64,000 nt of DNA from an uncultured Thermoproteaceae archaeon (GTDB lineage Archaea; Thermoproteota; Thermoprotei; Thermoproteales; Thermocladiaceae), in NCBI GenBank assembly GCA_964575955.1, contig CAZNTG010000006.1, forward strand, positions 512,001 through 576,000, written 5' to 3'. Each line of letters begins with the position of its first letter. The first letter of the stretch is position 1. Positions 56,339 to 64,000 of this stretch are shown piece by piece. Position numbers and translations under genes: made by a program. The notes under the pieces were generated by a model that was not told the origin of the DNA, ran no database searches, and saw only the letters and a program-made list of their open reading frames with translations.

Positions 56339-57571
56339 CTATAATAGTTTTCTAGCTATTGTAAGTATGTTTCTTGCTAGTTCTCTCTTATGTATATTTT
56401 CAAACTTTCTTATTACTCCATTTCTATCTATGAGCAATACTGTATCTTTCTCAGTTTCAAAACCTAGACCTTTAGAAACGTCATGTGCTATTACCATGTC
56501 TAGATCTAGGTCAAACATCCTTACTAGACTTCTCTTAACTAGATCTCTTTCTTCAACATTCCACTCAGCTTTGAATGCAATTTTCAATTTTACATTATCT
56601 GCAGCCTCTATTACTTTTGGAGCTTTTCTTAATTTTAATTCAATAGAATCTACAACATCACTATCAATCTTTTTATCAAATCTAGTCTCAAGTTCATAGT
56701 CTAGTGGTGCTGCTGTAAATATTGCAATATCAATTTTAACATTTCTACATATTTCACGAACTGTATTATACATATCTCTAGTTGTCTTAACTCTATATAT
56801 ATGTACATTGTATACATCTTTAATTAAATCTTCACACTTCTTTGATATATATCCACATACCAGGTATACCTCAGCACCTCTACATGATGCTTCTCTAGCA
56901 AAGTATATACCTGTAAGTCCACTACTCGGTGTAGATATGTATTTTATAGGATCAATATACTCTCTTGTAGAACCTGCAGTTATTAAAATTTTCAAATTTT
57001 CAAGATCAGGTTGAGCTGATAAATCTATAATTTTCTCAATAACTCTCTCAGGACTTGGAAGTTTTGCCTTATCTTCAACAATGTCAGGTTCTATAATATG
57101 TATATTTGATATTATTTTTAATTCTCTCAATACTTTCCTAGTTATAGCATTATTCCATAATGAGATATTCATTGCAGGTACAATCAACACTTTCTTATTA
57201 AATCCTAGACAGGACAATGCACATAGTGTTACTGGTGTATCACATATTCCAGAAGCTATCTTACTCATAGTATTTAATGTACATGGATATATGCAGTATA
57301 TATTACACCAATCTGCAAATTCTATATGTAATGCTCTCCCTCTTTCACAATTAGGGTAGTATACATCATTATTAGAAGCCCATTTAAGTAAGTCTAAAGT
57401 TACAAATCTTAACCCACTTCTAGATACTACAAATCTAACATTAGCTCCATGCTTTCTAGCTATTCTACATAGATCAACCGCTCTATATGCAGAACAGCTA
57501 CCTGAAATTCCTATAAGTATGTTCGTATTTGATAATAAATTACTTAACCTCTCAATTTTCTCAACATGCAC
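56339..57571 (-). CDS. coaBC: Phosphopantothenoylcysteine decarboxylase / ligase
   Basis: GISGS.SAY, HIE, P.T.NT.SKIA.GI.D, PAMN, TAGST.EYIDP, SSG.TG, FKAE. Confidence 0.93.
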   Translation of the reverse strand: MHVEKIERLSNLLSNTNILIGISGSCSAYRAVDLCRIARKHGANVRFVVSRSGLRFVTLDLLKWASNNDVYYPNCERGRALHIEFADWCNIYCIYPCTLNTMSKIASGICDTPVTLCALSCLGFNKKVLIVPAMNISLWNNAITRKVLRELKIISNIHIIEPDIVEDKAKLPSPERVIEKIIDLSAQPDLENLKILITAGSTREYIDPIKYISTPSSGLTGIYFAREASCRGAEVYLVCGYISKKCEDLIKDVYNVHIYRVKTTRDMYNTVREICRNVKIDIAIFTAAPLDYELETRFDKKIDSDVVDSIELKLRKAPKVIEAADNVKLKIAFKAEWNVEERDLVKRSLVRMFDLDLDMVIAHDVSKGLGFETEKDTVLLIDRNGVIRKFENIHKRELARNILTIARKLL

Positions 57572-57593
57572 ACTATGTAGTTAGTAATGATGT

Positions 57594-58625
57594 TTATAAC
57601 ATTTTAGGTATTTTAATTCCAGGTCTAACTTTCCAGAATTTATATAACATCTTACCAATTTTAACAAGACCTTCATATGTCATTTTCTTAATTTCAGAAC
57701 TACTCTCTTTACTTATTGGATCGTAGTATGGCTTTTCTATATTTAACAGACCTGCTAGAAAGTTTGAAAATGCTTTCTCAATAGATTTTTTAGAAGATAC
57801 ACATTCTATCAAGATTATCAACTTTTTAATATATATTGACTGTAATAACATAGATAACATTTTACCAACATCATATATAGCATCACAAGATATCATAAAT
57901 TCTCCAATAAGATCTTCTCTATATATGTCTAATCCAAGTAAGAAAATTAATACTTCAGGATTGTATCTTTGAACTATTCTAAATGCGTAGTCTAATGTTG
58001 GAATTAAAATATCATCTCTAGAACCTGGAGGTATTATTATTGGAAGAACTTTCCATGGATTTTTCTTAATTCTCCTATATATTTTAGTATCAATATCACT
58101 CATACTGCATATTGATATGAAGAATATTTCTCTACCAAGATCTCTCTCATACATAACCTCATCATGAATACCAATACCATAATGAACATCTAGAGATACT
58201 ATACATGTCTTACCATTAAGCTTCTTAGCTATGTATGTTGTTAATGAAAATATGCTACACTTTCTTAAGAATGTTCTACCTGCCCATAAGTCTGGTGGAT
58301 ATGCGATACTTAGTACAATGTTTGTATCACTATTCAATATTGAGTAAACTTGACTATATATTATCGACATGTACTTCTTGAAGTATTGTCTAGATTTTGC
58401 AGATATGTATAGATCTTCAGAATGAACTTCAGTGTATAGATTTCTTAATATTTTTAAATCTTGTTCTTCAACATTTTCAATCTTCTTAATATTTAATTCA
58501 ACATTTTTAAACGATCTTACCTTAAGTATTGATTCTTCAAACCAGGATATCTTTGGTCTACTAGATATTATGTATGGTAAGTCTAGATTATCTAAATCTG
58601 ATGGTAAGACTATACTAATACTCAT
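57594..58625 (-). CDS. Degenerate histone deacetylase (HDAC/AcuC)-fold protein
   Basis: SLDVHYGIG (cf. DVHHGDG), P..PG..D, GLD....D.IG; the HHA and EGGY catalytic motifs are missing. Confidence 0.7.
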   Translation of the reverse strand: MSISIVLPSDLDNLDLPYIISSRPKISWFEESILKVRSFKNVELNIKKIENVEEQDLKILRNLYTEVHSEDLYISAKSRQYFKKYMSIIYSQVYSILNSDTNIVLSIAYPPDLWAGRTFLRKCSIFSLTTYIAKKLNGKTCIVSLDVHYGIGIHDEVMYERDLGREIFFISICSMSDIDTKIYRRIKKNPWKVLPIIIPPGSRDDILIPTLDYAFRIVQRYNPEVLIFLLGLDIYREDLIGEFMISCDAIYDVGKMLSMLLQSIYIKKLIILIECVSSKKSIEKAFSNFLAGLLNIEKPYYDPISKESSSEIKKMTYEGLVKIGKMLYKFWKVRPGIKIPKML

Positions 58626-59902
58626 AATTTCATACTACATAGTGATGACTCAATCTTACCCTTATATATTTCTGTAAGCTTATCTACAAGTCTAGATGTT
58701 GTATAGCTTAGTAAGAATTCTCTAGCTCTTTCTCTAGCATTCTTACTCATCTCATCTCTAACATCAGGATGGTCTAGTAGATATTCTACACGTTTAGCAG
58801 CTCCATCAATATCTTCAGGACCGTTTACGTGAAATCCATCAATTCCATCTCTAACAACCCATCTCTGACCATATACTGCAGATGTTATTATTGGTACACC
58901 ACCATACATAAACTCTATCTGTGTTAATCCTAGAGCTTCCATCTTACTCATTATGATGTTTAGGTAGCTCTCTTTGATTAGCTTAATCTTATCAATATCA
59001 TCTAACTCACCTGTAATTGTAACATTTGGAAGATCTTTACTTTCTTCAACAACATCTCTCCACTGATTACCAGGTCTTCCAGCAATTACGAAATGTACAT
59101 CTTTTCTATGTTTTAACTTTCTAGCAACTTTAACTACAGCTAGTGGATTTTTCCTCTTCTCAACTGTTCCAAGGTATGATACTATTTTAACATTTTCAGG
59201 AATACCAAACTTCTTTCTAAAATCTGAAGAATCTATCTCTTCAAGCTTCTTAACTTCATCATCATCAACACCTGTAGGGTAGATAAATATCTGATCTTTC
59301 TTAGCACCCATCATTATCATATCCATAGCCTCTATAGGTGTTACACATAGTATTAGATCTGCAACATTGAAAATTATTGGAAGAATAAGTCTATTCCACG
59401 CAATTCTATAAGACCTCTCATATACTCCATAGTATGTTGGATCTGGAGGTTGATAATGACTCATATGACAGAAAATGAAATCTCTACAAGAGCCAGATAG
59501 TATTGATTCAGTTCTTCTCCACTGAACAAATTTTGCAACATCTTCAGGACCATTCCAAAGTGTTGAGTGTGTTATTAATGTGTTTATATTAAACTTATCA
59601 ACAATCTCTATTAAAGCATGTATAAAGTCTTTAAACATTATTCTTCTAGGAGGCCAATTTACTGAATATGCCTTAACTCTTATAGTTGGAAGTTTTATAT
59701 ATGGGTCAGATTCAAAATAGATATAATTCCTATCTTCAAATTCTCCATCCTTAATTATAGGCTCATTATCATGATAGTTACTAGTTATCAAATATGCATC
59801 ACATCCAAGACGTCTAAGCCACTTAACCATTCTCTGAGCTGCAAGTTCCTGTCCTTTTGAGTTGCTAGTTTGATACATTATTACTCCAATTGATAAATTC
59901 AT
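58622..59902 (-). CDS. GT4 (GT-B) glycosyltransferase
   Basis: YLG....RKN, EALGLTQIEFMYGGVPII, V.DG.DG. Confidence 0.9.
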   Translation of the reverse strand: MNLSIGVIMYQTSNSKGQELAAQRMVKWLRRLGCDAYLITSNYHDNEPIIKDGEFEDRNYIYFESDPYIKLPTIRVKAYSVNWPPRRIMFKDFIHALIEIVDKFNINTLITHSTLWNGPEDVAKFVQWRRTESILSGSCRDFIFCHMSHYQPPDPTYYGVYERSYRIAWNRLILPIIFNVADLILCVTPIEAMDMIMMGAKKDQIFIYPTGVDDDEVKKLEEIDSSDFRKKFGIPENVKIVSYLGTVEKRKNPLAVVKVARKLKHRKDVHFVIAGRPGNQWRDVVEESKDLPNVTITGELDDIDKIKLIKESYLNIIMSKMEALGLTQIEFMYGGVPIITSAVYGQRWVVRDGIDGFHVNGPEDIDGAAKRVEYLLDHPDVRDEMSKNARERAREFLLSYTTSRLVDKLTEIYKGKIESSLCSMKL

Positions 59903-60112
59903 AAATTATCTACAACATTTTAATTATAGGGTTTATATATTCTTACCCATGAATATGTTAATTATTATTTTTCATAACTGCAATACAATTCACAAATATG
60001 AGACATATGTAAAATATTAGAAACATGTATAACATATCTGTAATCTTGAATAGTCATACTTCAGACTTAGCTAGCTTATAAATTATCTAAGTCTACTATT
60101 GTTAGGTAGCAT

Positions 60113-62398
60113 GTGAAGATTGAAGAATTACCAATATCTGATAAATTGAAGAAGTTGATTATTGAGGAGAGAGGGATAGTAGAACTATATCCTCCTCAAG
60201 CTGATGCTATACGTGCAGGTATTTTAAATGGTGAAAATGTTGTTTTAGCAACATCAACAGCAACAGGAAAGACATTTATTGCAGAGTTAGTGCTAGTTCA
60301 TTCAGTATTATCGAGAAGATGTAAAGGCGTTCTTTTAGTACCACTAAAAGCTTTAGCACATGAGAAATGTGAAGATTTGAAAATATATGAAAAGCTTGGT
60401 ATAAAGATTGCTGTAACAACAGGAGATTACGAATCTCAAGATACGTGGCTTGAGAAATATGACATAATTGTAGCTACATATGAAAAATTTGATAGTCTTC
60501 TTAGACATAGAGCATCATGGTTGAAAGATGTTGATGTTGTAGTTATAGATGAGATACACTACATATCTGATGATAAGAGAGGACCTATAATTGAGTCTAT
60601 TATTGCAAAGTTGAGAATGTTGAATATGAATCCTCAAATTGTAGCTTTAAGTGCTACAATTGATAATGCTGAAGAGATTGCTGAGTGGCTAGATGCTAGA
60701 CTTGTAAGATCTAGTTGGAGACCTGTAAAACTTAGAGAGGGAGTGTATTATGATGGTACGATATATTTTAAAGATGGTGAAAATGTCAGTGTTAGAAAGA
60801 TTAGAGATCCTGTAACTGACTTAGTGATTGATGTTCTTGAAGATGAAGGTCAAGCATTAGTATTTACTAACTCTAGAGCAAACACTGTAAAACTTGCAAA
60901 TAGTATTGCACAGTTCATAGCTAGTTATAGTAAGAGATTGATAGATGTTGATGAAACTTTGAAAGTGTGTTCTAAAATTGATGAAGTTTCATCATCTAGA
61001 CTCATAGCTGAAGAATTGAAGAGAGTTGTTAAGTATGGTGTAGCATTTCATCATGCTGGTCTTGAACATGATGTTAGGAAGGTTATAGAGAGAGCATTTA
61101 GAGATAGAATTTTGAAAGTTGTTATAGCTACAACAACACTTGCAGCAGGTGTTAATCTTCCAGCTAGGAGAGTAATAATTCATGACTATAGAAGATATGA
61201 ACCAGGTATAGGGTATGAACCAATACCAGTATCAGAGTATAAGCAGATGGCTGGAAGAGCAGGAAGACCTAGATTAGACCCATATGGTGAAGCTATTCTG
61301 ATAGCTAGGAGAGAAGACGAGATTGAGAAATTGATGGATTTCTACATAAATTCAAATCCTGAACCTGTAATTTCAAAATTTTACAACGATAAAGCACTAT
61401 CAACACACATATTAGCAGCAATTGCAGGTAGATATGTTGAAAATATTGAAGATATTTTAAAATTTGTAGAATATACACTAGCAGCAAAACAGAAAAATCT
61501 AACTAGTGGTATATCATTAAGATTTCTAAAGGATAGAATTGAAAGGATTGTAAAGATGTTAGAAGATAGTGAATTAATAATTAATAAAGATGGTAAAATT
61601 AGACCAACAAAACTTGGATTAACAGCAGCATTAAACTATCTAGATCCAGAAACTGCTAAACTATTTATAACAGGTATAAAGAATATAAGAAGTAATGTAG
61701 ATATAGCATATCTATATGTTGTTATAAAATCTAGTGAAGTTCCAAAATTACGAATTAAGAAGAATGAAGTTGAAAAATATATTTCAATATTGAAAGATTG
61801 GCATAAGATATTGCCATTTAATGTAGATATGGATGAGTTAGATAGAGATGAGATTAATCCAATATTAGAAGAATTGAAAACTCTATGCATGATACTTGAC
61901 TGGATATCTGAATATCCTGAAGATACTATAGTAATGAAGTATGAAGTTGGACCTGGAGATTTAAGAATGTACTCAGATACTCTAGAATGGTTATTGTCAG
62001 CTGCAAGTCAGCTAGCTAAGGTATTGGGATTGAAAGATGTTGCAGAGAGATTTGAAATATTGAGAATTAGAGTTAGATATGGTATCAAGACAGAACTTGT
62101 AGAACTTGTACAAATTGAAGGTATTGGTAGAGCTAGAGCAAGGGCACTCTACGATGCAGGATTTAGAACTGTTGAAGATATAGCAATGTCAGATCCTAGA
62201 GAAATCTCTAGAAGAGTTAGAGGTATTGGTGAAAAACTTGCTAAATTGATAGTAGAGTCTGCTAGAGAATTACTAAAGAGAGGTTATATAAAAATACCAA
62301 GAGAGTATATAGATATTCAAATATCTAAAAGTGATAATGTGAAGATTGAGGATAAAACAAAAAGAAGAACAATACTAGATTACTTCAATGAAATTTAA
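60113..62398 (+). CDS. hel308: Hel308/Hjm Ski2-like DNA helicase
   Basis: LYPPQ, TATGKT, DEIH, LSAT, FHHAGL, TLAAGVNLPA, QMAGRAGRP, GIGRARAR.L. Confidence 0.96.
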   Translation: MKIEELPISDKLKKLIIEERGIVELYPPQADAIRAGILNGENVVLATSTATGKTFIAELVLVHSVLSRRCKGVLLVPLKALAHEKCEDLKIYEKLGIKIAVTTGDYESQDTWLEKYDIIVATYEKFDSLLRHRASWLKDVDVVVIDEIHYISDDKRGPIIESIIAKLRMLNMNPQIVALSATIDNAEEIAEWLDARLVRSSWRPVKLREGVYYDGTIYFKDGENVSVRKIRDPVTDLVIDVLEDEGQALVFTNSRANTVKLANSIAQFIASYSKRLIDVDETLKVCSKIDEVSSSRLIAEELKRVVKYGVAFHHAGLEHDVRKVIERAFRDRILKVVIATTTLAAGVNLPARRVIIHDYRRYEPGIGYEPIPVSEYKQMAGRAGRPRLDPYGEAILIARREDEIEKLMDFYINSNPEPVISKFYNDKALSTHILAAIAGRYVENIEDILKFVEYTLAAKQKNLTSGISLRFLKDRIERIVKMLEDSELIINKDGKIRPTKLGLTAALNYLDPETAKLFITGIKNIRSNVDIAYLYVVIKSSEVPKLRIKKNEVEKYISILKDWHKILPFNVDMDELDRDEINPILEELKTLCMILDWISEYPEDTIVMKYEVGPGDLRMYSDTLEWLLSAASQLAKVLGLKDVAERFEILRIRVRYGIKTELVELVQIEGIGRARARALYDAGFRTVEDIAMSDPREISRRVRGIGEKLAKLIVESARELLKRGYIKIPREYIDIQISKSDNVKIEDKTKRRTILDYFNEI

Positions 62399-63152
62399 CA
62401 TACTTGGACTAGGTGGATGGATATCACATCCTGCCTTAGATACAGTATCCATAGTTGTAGAGATTGAAAATTTTAAAATATTGATAGATTGTGGAGAAGC
62501 AATATTGAAAAGATTGCATACTGCAGGTCTCAATATTGAAGATATAGATATACTAGTAGTGACTCATAGTCATGGAGATCATTCATTAGGATTTCCAAGT
62601 ATAGTATTGTGGTCTGCATATAGACAGAAGAAGATTAAATTAATAACACTTGAAGACACTTATAAAGATCTATTAAAACTTCTTGAAGCAACACATATAG
62701 AACATCATAAAGATACTATTGAGTCAATATGTATAAAATCTGCTAAAGAACCTGTAGAAATATTCTCAAATGAGAAGGTGAGAATTAAAGTTGTTGAAGT
62801 AGATCATACAATACCATGTATAGCAATTAGAGTAGAAGATACTCATGGTAGATCCATTGTCTATAGTGGAGATACAAGACCTTGTGAAAGTATTGTAAAG
62901 TTAGCAAAGAACTGTGATGTATTGATATATGAAACATCTACAAAAAATTTAAAATGTAGAGAACATGGTCATTCAACAGTTGATGATAGTCTTGAAATAG
63001 CATTGAAATGTGGATGTAAAATTCTAATACCAATACACTACTACACAACTTTCGACATAGTGTATAAAATTCGTGATGATAATGGTGTTAATGTGTTAAT
63101 ACCTACACAATATGTTTGGTATGATGTTGATAAATTGTTAGAATCTATATAG
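62388..63152 (+). CDS. RNase Z-like metallo-beta-lactamase fold hydrolase
   Basis: LIDCGE, THSHGDH, DH, YSGDTRP, GHST, PIH. Confidence 0.88.
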   Translation: MKFNILGLGGWISHPALDTVSIVVEIENFKILIDCGEAILKRLHTAGLNIEDIDILVVTHSHGDHSLGFPSIVLWSAYRQKKIKLITLEDTYKDLLKLLEATHIEHHKDTIESICIKSAKEPVEIFSNEKVRIKVVEVDHTIPCIAIRVEDTHGRSIVYSGDTRPCESIVKLAKNCDVLIYETSTKNLKCREHGHSTVDDSLEIALKCGCKILIPIHYYTTFDIVYKIRDDNGVNVLIPTQYVWYDVDKLLESI

Positions 63153-64000
63153 GTCTTACTGATACATTCATGCTAAATTTTGTAGGTATTTGTCTTCTAA
63201 CTTCACTAATAACTTTATCAAATACTTGTGTAGGTGTTAACAATATTACTCTATCAATAATGTTTAATCTCAATAATTTTGAAATTTTCTTAAGAGTTTT
63301 TGATAATATTGTTGGCATTATTGTTGCAGATTTTCTAATCTTCTTAACACCTATCTTTGAAAAACCTACTAGGAATAAGTCGAAGACTGTGCTATATTCT
63401 ATATGATTTCTTAAAGCTAGGTAACCTCTATCAACATATTTTCTCCATATTTCATATAGAGTTTCTTCATATATATTACATCTCATATTTATTCTATATC
63501 TAGCATGTTTGTGAAAGTAGTATTCTAAGTCATTTATGTCTAATATATTTAACAACTTATTATTCTTCCATGACAATCTATCAATCTCTAGAAAGTATGC
63601 ATTTAGACCTGTAGATTTAAGTCTACTCCATATATGGTATGCTACTTTATCATTTCTATTTGTTGTTAATATTAGAGGTAGGTACTTACCATATTGTTCA
63701 AGAACTAGATCTACTAAAACGCCATTAACAATAGGTTTAAAATGTACTGAATATCCTACTTTTGATAAATATTTACCTATTAGGAAATGTATTTGACGTT
63801 CTATTTGACCCCAACCTAGCATCTTCTCATACTTTCTAACATTTTCATAATATGTTCTATTTAGATCGGGTATTACTATCTGTGTGATATATCTTTCTAA
63901 AAATTCTCTACTAATCTTCAACTCCTGTATCTCTGATAGTATATTTTGTAGAATTGATCTCGGTATATCATCAAGCTTTATACTATACTTCTCTTCTAGT
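63145..64000 (-). CDS. Hypothetical protein with two restriction-endonuclease-like segments (5' end outside window)
   Basis: The frame is open to the window end (LEEKYSIKLDD...). Two E....YL...GY.V.......VDL/FDL patterns resemble PD-(D/E)XK cores. Confidence 0.5.
   Translation of the reverse strand, partial: LEEKYSIKLDDIPRSILQNILSEIQELKISREFLERYITQIVIPDLNRTYYENVRKYEKMLGWGQIERQIHFLIGKYLSKVGYSVHFKPIVNGVLVDLVLEQYGKYLPLILTTNRNDKVAYHIWSRLKSTGLNAYFLEIDRLSWKNNKLLNILDINDLEYYFHKHARYRINMRCNIYEETLYEIWRKYVDRGYLALRNHIEYSTVFDLFLVGFSKIGVKKIRKSATIMPTILSKTLKKISKLLRLNIIDRVILLTPTQVFDKVISEVRRQIPTKFSMNVSVRPI

Noticed and set aside
59903-60112. 210-bp AT-rich spacer with ACATAT/ACATGT-like words as an ncRNA or replication origin
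   Set aside because: No GC-rich stem, C/D boxes or ORB-like repeats; consistent with divergent promoters.
806-63796. Many 60-135 aa ORFs antisense to or nested within real genes (e.g. 5190-5495, 9214-9576, 20466-20873, 47476-47871)
   Set aside because: They are Ser/Ile/Leu-rich shadow frames of well-supported genes and carry no motifs.
1-64000. CRISPR array, cas genes, transposases, inteins
   Set aside because: No regularly spaced repeats or such ORFs seen. aIF5B, RpoA2 and Hel308 have normal lengths.

Overview
AT-rich archaeal chromosomal segment. Gene content points to a thermophilic crenarchaeon, most likely Thermoproteales: split rpoA2, L30e/L35ae, PCNA, Cbf5, Pus10, Hel308, SmAP, futalosine mqn genes, Sat, GC-rich tRNAs, many leaderless genes and C/D sRNAs. 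The taxon is inferred, not searched. Most of the window is housekeeping genes. The standout is a tightly coupled three-gene nitrogenase-like operon (NifH/NifD/NifK homologs, 32006-35638). It has an intact Fe protein but altered P-cluster ligands and no recognisable FeMo-co ligands, so it looks like a group IV-type reductase of unknown substrate in a lineage where I know of no such system. Features missed by the ORF track: 2 tRNAs (Phe-GAA, Ser-GGA), 5 box C/D guide sRNAs, 2 K-turn hairpin RNAs resembling atypical pseudouridylation guides, a frameshifted PadR repressor in front of an ABC exporter, and a 58-aa membrane microprotein. No CRISPR array, integrase or transposase was seen. All calls come from motif recognition by eye; no database search was run.
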